This document shows, one piece after another, positions 54,484 to 64,000 of a stretch of DNA of 64,000 bases (the stretch's first letter is position 1; each line of letters starts with the position of its first letter). This DNA is from Rebecca billardiae RCC1528 (taxonomy: Eukaryota; Protista; Haptophyta), in NCBI GenBank assembly GCA_965240325.2, contig OZ251229.1:2108001-2172000 (forward strand). The letters run 5' to 3'. The notes beneath the pieces are model-generated. The model saw only the letters and a program-made list of their open reading frames with translations, had not been told where the DNA came from and did not search any database. A program made the position numbers and the translations under genes.

Positions 54484-55620
54484 TCACGTGCGCACGCCGC
54501 GTGCGCGTGCCGCGCCAGCTGGGGTGCCGACCACTTCGCGCATCCACTTGGCGATGGCGTTCTTGATGATGGGCACGTTGAGCACGTCGATGAGGGTCGG
54601 ACGCTCGCTCGGGTCGTGCGTAAGCAGTGCGTGCGCGAGCTCGCGCAGCTCAGTCGAGAAGCATGCAGGCAGCTCGCTCGCAAGGCGGCCTTGCTCGATG
54701 CGCAGGTAGAGCTGCGCCACGTTGGGTGCCTTGAACGCGTAGTCGAGCGTGAGCATCTCGACGAGCACGCAGCCCAACGCCCACACGTCGCAAGCATATC
54801 CGTACGGCTCGCCGCGCAGAATCTCCGGCGCCATGTAGAGCGGTGTGCCGGTGGTAGTGTGCGCCATGCCGTCGTCGGAGTTCATCATGAGCTTGGAGAC
54901 GCCGAGGTCGCCGATCTTGATGCAGCCGCTCGGCGTGAGGAACACGTTGCATGTCTTCAGGTCGCGGTGCAGGATGCCGAGGGAGTGCAGGTGGATGAGG
55001 CCGAGCGCGAGCTGGCCGACCCAGAGCACGATGTTACCCTCGGCGAGGCGCTTGCTTGAGCTGCGCGCCTCGCGGATCTGATTCGTCAGCGTCCCGCCTG
55101 GCGCGTAGTCCATCACGATGCACAGCGTGAGCATCAGCTCACCGTCGCGCGCGAGCGTGAGCACTTCGGCCGCTGAGGCAGGGCATGACCCCGTGTCCGC
55201 GTCGCCGCTTGCGCCGGTCCCCGGTGAGACGACGCGAAAGGTGCGCGGCGGCTCGGTTGACCGTGGGTCCACACTTTGCGCCCGGAGCCACGCCTCGTGG
55301 AAGCGCACGACGTTGCCGTGGTTGACAGCGAGCGCGAGGTGGACCACTTCCGAGCATGCTCGCTCGAGGTCGCGCTCGCTCGTGCCGATGCAGTTGCTCT
55401 CCTTGAGGACGAGGCGGACGCCGTCGGCGCAGCGCTCAATGACGGAGACGCTGCCTTGGGCACCCGCCCCGAGCGCGCGCCGGAATGCGTAGCGCTCACC
55501 CGGGTCCGTCGCGAGCTCCGCGAACGTGGTGGGCGCGGCTTGCATGGTTGGCTTGCGTTTGCTCAGTTTGTGGTTCGCGCCTTTATGAATCCTGTCCGTG
55601 TGGTTCCTTCCGTAGGCCAT
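54484..55620 (-). CDS. NIMA-related (NEK) Ser/Thr protein kinase
   Basis: LGAGAQG, VLKE, LCIVMDYAPGGTL, HRDLKTCNVFL, IKIGDLGVSK, GTPLYMAPE, DVWALGC. Confidence 0.9.
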   Translation of the reverse strand: MAYGRNHTDRIHKGANHKLSKRKPTMQAAPTTFAELATDPGERYAFRRALGAGAQGSVSVIERCADGVRLVLKESNCIGTSERDLERACSEVVHLALAVNHGNVVRFHEAWLRAQSVDPRSTEPPRTFRVVSPGTGASGDADTGSCPASAAEVLTLARDGELMLTLCIVMDYAPGGTLTNQIREARSSSKRLAEGNIVLWVGQLALGLIHLHSLGILHRDLKTCNVFLTPSGCIKIGDLGVSKLMMNSDDGMAHTTTGTPLYMAPEILRGEPYGYACDVWALGCVLVEMLTLDYAFKAPNVAQLYLRIEQGRLASELPACFSTELRELAHALLTHDPSERPTLIDVLNVPIIKNAIAKWMREVVGTPAGAARARGVRT

Positions 55621-55676
55621 TCTCCGGACTTTGTCACCTTGTTGGTGGAAGTCCGGCGCTCCGCACGAATCGCACG

Positions 55677-56261
55677 ATGGTGGATGCCAATGACAGCGTC
55701 TACACCTCGGCCACAAACGATGTCCTCGCTGCCGGCTTGTTGCACACGGTCGCTGTGCAGTGCCTGCAGGCTGTGACCCAACGTTGCGTGAGCCCGAGTG
55801 GCGAGGAGCTGCTCGATCGCTGGACGGACCCGCACATCTCACGCGCATCGAAGCGAAGGCGGCTGAACTTGTGCATCGCATTCGTCACGAGAGAGTACCT
55901 CGCTGCAGCAGGTGGCGGCGGTATTTCGCGCCAGGCGTCCACAATAGTTGAGCGGCTCGAATATCGGTGCCTCCTTTTGCCTGAAGCTCTCACGGAGCTC
56001 GCGCGAGTCTGGGAGAGCCGCCTTCCTGAACATTTCGAGTCACCTGCGCTCACCACGCGCTACGTCGGCGCACAGTGGCGGATAGGTGTGCCGCTCGCAT
56101 CCAGCGAGCCAGCAGAAATCGGCGAGCCAATGGTCACCATTGCATTGCACACACGAGATTTCCTCGGCCAGGCAGCAGACACGCGTTTCCTCGAGCTCTC
56201 GATTGGCGAGATTAAGGCGCTCACGCGTGCCGTGCGTGCAGCATCCATCGACATCGGCTGA
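55677..56261 (+). CDS. COMM domain-containing protein (COMMD family)
   Basis: About 194 aa; C-terminal QWRIGVPLASS...EPMVTIAL...FLELSIGEIKAL is the COMM domain pattern. Confidence 0.75.
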   Translation: MVDANDSVYTSATNDVLAAGLLHTVAVQCLQAVTQRCVSPSGEELLDRWTDPHISRASKRRRLNLCIAFVTREYLAAAGGGGISRQASTIVERLEYRCLLLPEALTELARVWESRLPEHFESPALTTRYVGAQWRIGVPLASSEPAEIGEPMVTIALHTRDFLGQAADTRFLELSIGEIKALTRAVRAASIDIG

Positions 56262-57085
56262 CGATTCAGTGGTTACAACCGAACGTACTGTTGCATTCAA
56301 ACCTGGAGCCTCATCGGAGTGATGCACAGTGATGATGCCATGATCTGACAGCATCATGACAAACACTTTTTCAAACGGCAGACGACTACACTCCGCCGAC
56401 TGTGAACATTGCCTCCAGGGGCCTTGGCCTTGGGCTTGATCAGTTGATACTTGATGCGGGCCGCCCCGCGCGGGCCGCGCGGCCCGCTCGGGCTGCGCCT
56501 GATTCTCATGGTCAATTCATATTTCATGCCACGGTCCGGGGCTTAGGAGTTACAGTAGGAGATTCAGATTGATGACGTTCCGCGTCTCCCACTCTTAAAG
56601 CCGAAGGCGGGGCGCGGCGGGACGCCGCGGCCAGGCTGGCACGGCGGAATCGGCCCGTATCGGCCTCGGGCGGCAGCAAGCGGAGCGGCCTCCGCCGAAC
56701 CCGCGGCCGCGCGGCACTCCGCTGTCACTCCGCCACAGCGAGTGAGCGTCATAAGAGCGTCCGCACCGCCCGTACGCCTACGGCTACGGCCCGCCGGCCC
56801 GGCCGCGTCGAACTGGCACTGGGTGACTGGCAACTAGTGCGGCAGCAGGCAGATCGTGTCGTAAGTATCGACAGACGACACGGCCACGGGCATAACTACA
56901 CACTAAACAGTAAACACAGCCACCGTACCAGGCCAAACACAGGCTGTCACGGAACAGCGCGGCCGGACCGCGCGTGATGACTCGCCGCCGCGGACCGTCA
57001 GCGTGAGCCGTCCGTGGCCCGCGTGAGCGCGGGCGACTCAGCCTGCCGACCCAGAACATACGTATTGCAGTCTCATTATGATTGA

Positions 57086-58757
57086 TGGCGCACGGCCCCC
57101 CCGAAAGGTCTGAGCGTGAGCGAAAGCCGGGGGGGGCGGCGCACGTGCTCCGCAAAATCAAAAAAGAGGATGCGCGCAGGATTTGGGGGGATTTTTGTAG
57201 GTGGATTTAGTTAGGTGTGAAACCGAGCATTTGAGTCCATTTCGCTGCTCATGATTGCGTTTGTACTGCTCCTTAATCCTTGGATAGTAAGTAATAGAAG
57301 AAATCGGAAGCAAATAGGACGAAGTCATCTGTTATTGGCTTCTTGGCCCAATGCGGGTGGGATTCGAAATCTTTATCTGCGAGGATTAAGAGCTCTCTGA
57401 TGAAAGAAGTGTAGTGAGTGTGTCCTAGACAGCCTGAGCGGAAGGGCAATTATTGCGATTGTCATTCAAGATTCCTCACCCCTTATTGCAAACTGATTCC
57501 GAAGCCAATGCGGGTGTGATCGAAAATAAGACTACCAGCATAAGTCGCGTGACGATTCAGATCGCGAGGCGTCATGTTCCGTCGACGGTGCCGCCGTGCG
57601 CACGTGCCGCCCCGTGCGCGCGCGCGGCGGCGTGGCGCGCGGCCGAGCGCCGGGGAGCCTGGGCGGCGGCAGGCGCGCGGCGGGGCATGCGCTGCCCGAG
57701 AAGCTGGCGCACTCGCCCAGCGCCGCCGCGCACACCGCCGCCGACCTCGCGCGCACGCCCTCCGTCAACTCCTCGGCGTCCCGTCAGTCAGCGCAGGGGC
57801 GGAGCCGGAGGGCGCTAACCGGTCGGCGCACAGTGCCGCCGTCGCGGCGACGACGGCGACGACGGCGGCGCACGCGGGCGGCAGACGCTGTGCGAGCGCG
57901 CCACCGCCGACGCCGTCGCGCCGCCGCTGCCCTTGCCGCACCGTGCCGCCGTCGCAGACGGCAGACGGGCCGCGCCGCCGTTGGTCAACGCGCGCGCACG
58001 CGCTGCCACGGCCGCCGCACCGCCGCCGTCGAGATTCAAGATCGGCGCGGGCGTACGCTGCGGCTCGCGCAACGCGCCGCCGCCGCCGCCGCCGCTCCTC
58101 CCGCCCCCGTCCGCCCTCCCGCCCGTCCCGCGCCTCGACGGCGCGCGCCTCCAAAATGTGTCGGCACCACCGTGCTCCGCGCCCTCGTGGCAGACGGCGG
58201 CGCACGCGGGGCTGCTGCCGTGTGGGCGACGGCGCGCGGCGCGCGACCCGACGTACGCGGCGGCGCTCGGCCGCACGCTCGAGGGGCCGCTGTGCGCGCT
58301 CGCCGCGCCGCCGCTGCCCGCCGCCGCCGCAAGCCGCAAGTCGCTCGCGCGCCGCGGCCGCGGCCGTGAGGCGGGCGGGAGGTGGCGGCTCGGCGCGCGC
58401 TGCGGAGGCGCCGCTGCTGCCGCTGCGCGCGGCGCAGCGGCTTCTCGCGTAGTGGTCGGGCGCGGCGCTGAGTGGCTGCTCTGCGCGCAGCGCGGCTGCG
58501 CACACAACGCGCGTGCGAGCTCGCGTGCACCCCCGGCGCCGCCCGGCCCGGCTGTCGGACTCGCCAGTGACTCGGCTGCATTCGGCGCATGGCACCGTCC
58601 GACCGTCCGACCGTGTCGTCACAAGCCGGCTGCTGCTCACATTCACAAGCTGCGTGATTCGTGACGAATAAGACAGACGAACGCGACAACTAGCCACTAT
58701 AGGGCCGTGCGCCGTCAACTTCGTTGTTCACTACCCGAAGATCGGCGTAGCCGATCA
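57086..58757 (+). mobile_element. Non-autonomous Helitron2-like element, family 2 copy D
   Basis: First about 240 bp nearly identical to 47610-47850; ATIR at 58702-58713; terminal hairpin at 58740-58756, then (TA)n. Confidence 0.8.
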
Positions 58758-58897
58758 TATATATGCCCGGCGTTTGATCGTCGTCATCTATCACGCGAGT
58801 GTTCATTCCAATTCATTCGTTCATTCAAATGGTCATACAGCATACATCCGATTGATTGCGCACGCGCCGTCGCACGCTCAACCCGTCACGGCAACGC

Positions 58898-59515
58898 TTA
58901 GTTGAACGGCACCGGCGAGCCGAGGAGCGAGTTGATGATGTACGGGTTGCCGTCAAGCTTCTCGTGCACCATCAGCGCGAGGATGCCCATCTGCGCCGCG
59001 CGGCCGTTGTTCAGCTCGATCGCGCGCTTCTGCAGCTTGGTCTCCTCGTCGAACGAGTCCCAGCCGAAGTCGAGCGCGCCGTTGCGGAAGTCGCCGACGA
59101 ACTCGCCGTCACCGAGGTCCTTCATGACCGCGAGCTCGAGGAAGCCAACGAACGCGAAGATCTGCGCGAGGCCAGCCGCCGGCACGACCGAGAGCGCCGC
59201 CAGGCCGTTGGGCACGTCAGCGAACGGCAGGCCGTACGCGAGCTCGCCCGGGAGGCGGATGCCGGCCGACGTCACGACGTGGCCGAGCACGGCGAGCATG
59301 CAGATGCGGCCGTGCTTGATCTCGACGAAGCGGAGGCGGTCGAAGCGCTCCTGGTCCGCGCCGTCGAGCAGGTTCAGCGGATCGATGAAGCCGAGGGGCG
59401 GCTGCGCGCCGAGCTCCGACTCGAAGCCCATCGACACCGCCGCGCGCGACGCCGACGGCGCGCGCATCGCCGGGCCGTTGAAGGCGAGAGCAGAGACGAG
59501 GATCTGGGCGAACAT
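58898..59515 (-). CDS. Lhcf: Fucoxanthin-chlorophyll a/c binding protein (Lhcf/FCP), copy 1
   Basis: GAQPPLGFIDPL, RLRFVEIKHGRICMLA, RAIELNNGRAAQMG; presequence SALA-F. Confidence 0.95.
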   Translation of the reverse strand: MFAQILVSALAFNGPAMRAPSASRAAVSMGFESELGAQPPLGFIDPLNLLDGADQERFDRLRFVEIKHGRICMLAVLGHVVTSAGIRLPGELAYGLPFADVPNGLAALSVVPAAGLAQIFAFVGFLELAVMKDLGDGEFVGDFRNGALDFGWDSFDEETKLQKRAIELNNGRAAQMGILALMVHEKLDGNPYIINSLLGSPVPFN

Positions 59516-60042
59516 GATGACTGCGGACGATGGAGAGAGCACGCACGCGCACACGCGGTCAGCGCCGATGCGGGGGGAGGCGCGCGTGCGGCGCGCGCGG
59601 GTCGGCGTTCGCCGACGCGGCGCACACCTAACCGAACGAGTGAAGGTTGGGCGTGAATGCGACAGCGCTAATTTAAGTTTTGATGTTATGGTTGCGAGAT
59701 GCGGCGCCCGCTTCGATTCTCCCACGCGATTGGCCCGTTCGACCCTCGCCAGCCTGAAACAAGATGCGGCTCTACGACAGAAATTACGTTGTGGAGAATC
59801 TTTGTCGAGATGCTCCTGATTCCCAGGACCAGCCCGCGCGTTACCCGCCCGGTGCCCAAAGATTATCGGCGGGCCAAATTACGACAATAGAGCCGCTTGC
59901 AACGCAACCTTCACTCGTTCGGTCAGCTAGGTGTGCGCCGCGTCGGCGAACGCCGACCCGCGCGCGCCGCACGCGCGCCTCCCCCCGCATCGGCGCTGAC
60001 CGCGTGTGCGCGTGCGTGCTCTCTCCATCGTCCGCAGTCATC

Positions 60043-60660
60043 ATGTTCGCCCAGATCCTCGTCTCTGCTCTCGCCTTCAACGGCCCGGCGATGCGCGCGC
60101 CGTCGGCGTCGCGCGCGGCGGTGTCGATGGGCTTCGAGTCGGAGCTCGGCGCGCAGCCGCCCCTCGGCTTCATCGATCCGCTGAACCTGCTCGACGGCGC
60201 GGACCAGGAGCGCTTCGACCGCCTCCGCTTCGTCGAGATCAAGCACGGCCGCATCTGCATGCTCGCCGTGCTCGGCCACGTCGTGACGTCGGCCGGCATC
60301 CGCCTCCCGGGCGAGCTCGCGTACGGCCTGCCGTTCGCTGACGTGCCCAACGGCCTGGCGGCGCTCTCGGTCGTGCCGGCGGCTGGCCTCGCGCAGATCT
60401 TCGCGTTCGTTGGCTTCCTCGAGCTCGCGGTCATGAAGGACCTCGGTGACGGCGAGTTCGTCGGCGACTTCCGCAACGGCGCGCTCGACTTCGGCTGGGA
60501 CTCGTTCGACGAGGAGACCAAGCTGCAGAAGCGCGCGATCGAGCTGAACAACGGCCGCGCGGCGCAGATGGGCATCCTCGCGCTGATGGTGCACGAGAAG
60601 CTTGACGGCAACCCGTACATCATCAACTCGCTCCTCGGCTCGCCGGTGCCGTTCAACTAA
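60043..60660 (+). CDS. Lhcf: Fucoxanthin-chlorophyll a/c binding protein (Lhcf/FCP), copy 2; probable 5' UTR intron 59931-60037
   Basis: Protein identical to copy 1; tag|gtgtgc...ctgac...ccgcag|tcatcATG. Confidence 0.95.
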   Translation: MFAQILVSALAFNGPAMRAPSASRAAVSMGFESELGAQPPLGFIDPLNLLDGADQERFDRLRFVEIKHGRICMLAVLGHVVTSAGIRLPGELAYGLPFADVPNGLAALSVVPAAGLAQIFAFVGFLELAVMKDLGDGEFVGDFRNGALDFGWDSFDEETKLQKRAIELNNGRAAQMGILALMVHEKLDGNPYIINSLLGSPVPFN

Positions 60661-61096
60661 GCGTTGCCGTGACGGGTTGAGCGTGCGACGGCGCGTGCGC
60701 AATCAATCGGATGTATGCTGTATGACCATTTGAATGAACGAATGAATTGGAATGAATATTATTCGCGGGATTGACACTCGATGACGTCACTGATGTCTGC
60801 TGATGAATAAGACATAGCAGATCAGAATTGCACCCCCCCGGCCCCTGCCCCGCCAGCCTGCCCCGCCCCCTGGCCCTGCGGGCCCGCCAGAATGGCCAGT
60901 ACCGCAGTATTACTTAATTTACTATTACGGTGACTGGTGAGTAGCCAGTAGGCCCATACTCCATCCATACGGGGTCTTTGATAAGCATTGGACCGAGTCC
61001 CTGACGACCCTGACTAGTGACTGTCGCCGTCGGGCTGCGGACAATCCTGGACGGCCATGCCCATGTAGCTGAGTCATCACCGATATAGCCGTGACA

Positions 61097-61213
<117 letters not shown>

Positions 61214-61461
61214 CCGAGGCCCGACTCTCCCGTTACTGAACGGCTGAAGCCTATCGCACTCATTGAGAATCACTCAGAGACTGAGAGAGTCTGAGAGACA
61301 CTCACCAGACCGCCTTCGGCTTCGGTCTCGGATTCTCGGAATCAACTCACTCTGATTACTGATACTACATACACAGTAGTTACACTGGCCCCGTGGCCGT
61401 GGCAGCGCCGCACTGCTTCAAGGATGGATGTTGGCTGGATGTCCGTGCGTGCTGCCAAGAC

Positions 61462-62346
61462 TCACAGCCGAGCAACCGGCGGTCTGATCACCCATCCGCC
61501 ATCCAAGACGACCTGCGCTCCGGTGATGAACGAGCCCGCTCGAGAGGCCAAGAAGATGACGGCTCCGGCTGCGTCTGAAGGTCGACCGATCCGCCCGAGC
61601 GCCGTTCCTGCGGCGACCACATCTTCACCGGCCGATTCGATGGTGGCACGCATCATCTTGGAGGGGAATGGGCCGGGCAAGATCGTGTTGACCGTGATTG
61701 AACGACCGGGGTGCGCGAGCGCATGTGCCAGGAGGCGGCTTAAATGGAGGACCGCAGCCTTGCTCACCGCGTAGGCGTAGGTGTCGTGGGGCGGTGTGGA
61801 GATGCCCTCGATGGAGCCGACGTTGATCACGCGCGCGGGGTCGTCAGTCGTGGCGCCGCTGTAGAGGAGTGGCGCGGCCTCGCGCGTGAGCGCGAAGACG
61901 GCGTCCACGTTCAGCGCCATCACCTTGCGCCACGCGCGCATGGGGTACGATTCCAAAGGCTCCGACCAGTTCGTGCCCGAGTTGTTGATGAGCACGTCGA
62001 GCTTGCCATGGGTGTCAGCAATGGCGGCGAGGAGCGAGGTGCGATCCGCCTCCGCGGTGATGTCAGCCACGACCGCGCGGCATGTGCCGGGCCCGCGGCG
62101 CGTCAGTTCGGCCGCAAGCGCTCCCGCGTCCTTGCGGCCGCACACCCAGACGATGCAGTTGGAGGCGCACAGGCCGGCGGCAATCATCGCGCCGATGCCC
62201 GAGCCGCCGCCCGTGACGAGGCAGATCTTGCCGCGCACGTCGAAGAGCGCCGGTGCCGCAAACTCAGCCGCGGGGGGCAGGACGTAGCCGTTCGCAGCGG
62301 CGAAGGCACGATCATCGAATGCTCTCGCGCCTGGAGGAGCCGCCAT
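61462..62346 (-). CDS. Short-chain dehydrogenase/reductase (RhlG-like), probably peroxisomal
   Basis: LVTGGGSGIG, LINNSG, YAVSK (YxxxK), PGPFPSKM, LDGG; C-terminal ARL PTS1. Confidence 0.9.
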   Translation of the reverse strand: MAAPPGARAFDDRAFAAANGYVLPPAAEFAAPALFDVRGKICLVTGGGSGIGAMIAAGLCASNCIVWVCGRKDAGALAAELTRRGPGTCRAVVADITAEADRTSLLAAIADTHGKLDVLINNSGTNWSEPLESYPMRAWRKVMALNVDAVFALTREAAPLLYSGATTDDPARVINVGSIEGISTPPHDTYAYAVSKAAVLHLSRLLAHALAHPGRSITVNTILPGPFPSKMMRATIESAGEDVVAAGTALGRIGRPSDAAGAVIFLASRAGSFITGAQVVLDGGWVIRPPVARL

Positions 62347-62484
62347 CGTGCTTGGAACAAGGTGCGGCCGGACCGCCCGGACCGCAATTTTGTTTGCACG
62401 CGGCGGCAACGCCGCCGTCGTGTCGATGCGAATCTTGCGCTGATCGCCGGGCACCCTTCCGCTCGCGACGCCGCGTCTCCCAGC

Positions 62485-64000
62485 ATGGTTGATCCGGTGA
62501 CCGTGTGCACGAGCCTCGCCGCGGCGGCGCTGATCCTCCCGGCGGCGTACTATCTCTTCATCATGATGATTGCACCAGGCGTGCCCACTATCCGCGTCGA
62601 GGTGCGCACGGGCTGCGCGCGCGCATGTCGCGCATGGCCGTCGGCTGATCGTGCTCGCGCGAGCGCGCCTGGCGCGCGCGCAGGTGACCGAGGAGGAGAC
62701 GAAGGACACTCTCGGCGATGGGTATCCAACGATCGACCCCACCACCGCGCCAAAGGGCGTGGTGAACTGCTGGGATCCGAGCACGATGAAGTCCCTCGGC
62801 ACGTTGCCCGCGATGGGCCGCGAGGAGGTGGTCGCGCGCATCGAGCGCTCGCGCCGCGCGCAGGCGACGTGGGCCAAGTCAAGCTTCGCGCAGCGGCGGC
62901 TCCTGCTGAAGACGATCCTTAAGTACATTATCGACCACCAGGACACGATTGCGCGTGTCTCCGCTCGCGACTCGGGGAAGTCGAAGGTGGACGCGGCGAT
63001 GGGAGAGATCATGGTCACGTGTGAGAAGCTCAGGTGGACGATCAACCGCGGCGAGCAGTACCTGCTGCCAGAGTCGCGCGAGTCGGGGACGCTGATGCCG
63101 CACAAGCGCGTGTGGCTGGAGTACGTGCCGGTGGGCGTGGTCGGCGCCATCGTCCCGTGGAACTACCCCTTCCACAACGTGTTCAACCCGCTGATTGCCG
63201 CGCTCTTCAGCGGCAACGGCTTTGTGGTCAAGGTGTCCGAGTACTCGTCGTGGTCGACGCGGTACTACGGGCGCATCATCGAGGAGTGCCTCAAGGCGGT
63301 GGGCGCGCCGGTCGATCTGGTGCAGATCGTCACTGGCTTCGGCGAGACCGGCCACGCCCTCGTCACCGGCGGCATCAACAAGCTCATCTTTGTCGGCTCG
63401 CCCGAGATCGGCGCCAAGGTGATGGAGTCGGCAGCCACCACGTTCCACCCGACGCCGGTGATCCTCGAGCTCGGCGGCAAGGACCCGTTCATCGTGTGCG
63501 AGGACTACAAGGTGACCGACGACCTCGTCCAGGTCGCCGTGCGCGGCGTGTACATCCACATGGGCCAGAACTGCGCCGGGCCCGAGCGCTTCTTCGTGTA
63601 CGAGTCAATCTACGACGACTTTGTCTCCCGCTGCGAGCGACTGATCAAGCAGCTCGAGCTGGGCGACCCGCTGTCGAGCTGCACGGTGGACTGCGGCGCG
63701 GTGGTGATGGGCGATCGCACCAAGGTGCGCGCCCGCCGCTGCGGCCCGCGGCGGCGTGCGGTAGCGCCGCGGAGGCGCGGCGCATGCGCGGCCGGCCTCA
63801 CCACCGCCCGCCCGCCGGACGCGCCCCCGCGCGCCTGCGCGCGCGCGCGCGCGCTGCGCAGGCGGCGATGCAGAAGCTGGTCGACGACGCGGTGCAGAAG
63901 GGCGCGCGCTGCCTCGCTGGTGGGTACATCCCGCCCAAGGACACCGCGATCGGCCGCGGCTCGTTCTACCCGCCGACGCTGCTGGTGGACGTGCCGGAGC
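62485..64000 (+). CDS. ALDH22A1: Aldehyde dehydrogenase family 22 (ALDH22A1/Msc7-like), 3' partial; exons 62485-62601, 62684-63724, 63862->64000
   Basis: N-terminal anchor, GEIMVTCEKL, GAIVPWNYPFHN, ILELGGKDP, GQNCAG; phase-0 GT-AG introns. Confidence 0.88.

Larger units (their letters stand above)
58802..60756. repeat. Gene-scale palindrome: arms about 58802-59650 and 59905-60756 around a ~250-bp spacer
   Basis: Both Lhcf ORFs, UTRs and the 5' UTR intron are reverse complements; paired coordinates sum to 119558. Confidence 0.95.

Overview
This is very GC-rich eukaryotic nuclear DNA, most likely from a haptophyte alga (Pavlovales/Diacronema-like). That assignment is inferred from fucoxanthin-chlorophyll Lhcf genes, bipartite plastid presequences and short GC-rich GT-AG introns. 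About 24 compact genes are present, often in tight head-to-head pairs: phospholipase B-like SGNH hydrolase, SF3A1, a short-chain asparaginase, propionyl-CoA carboxylase alpha, A20/AN1 finger, PZP/EPc chromatin protein, HET/TIR-like protein, atypical E2F (DEL/E2F7-8), TPR-MYND, SUMF2-like, ShK-prolyl 4-hydroxylase, plastid LPAAT, RPP40, CCCH-methyltransferase, tandem AdoMetDC-like, GT31, FkbM methyltransferase, NEK kinase, COMMD, two identical inverted Lhcf genes, a peroxisomal SDR and ALDH22. The intergenic DNA carries the most unusual signals. (1) There are four non-autonomous elements from two sequence-distinct families that share one Helitron2-like terminal grammar: a 5' TGGC end with an asymmetric TIR, the partner ATIR 44-45 bp from the 3' end, a terminal 7-bp-stem GNA-loop hairpin, TA-rich targets and internally duplicated cargo. 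(2) A sharply bounded 47-bp unit occurs three times. (3) A ~350-bp inverted duplication ends exactly at the ATG of two unrelated divergent genes. (4) Intergenic tracts are packed with micro-palindromes and micro-duplications resembling excision footprints. No rRNA, tRNA, CRISPR array or intact transposase was recognised. All family assignments come from motif recognition by eye, not database searches.
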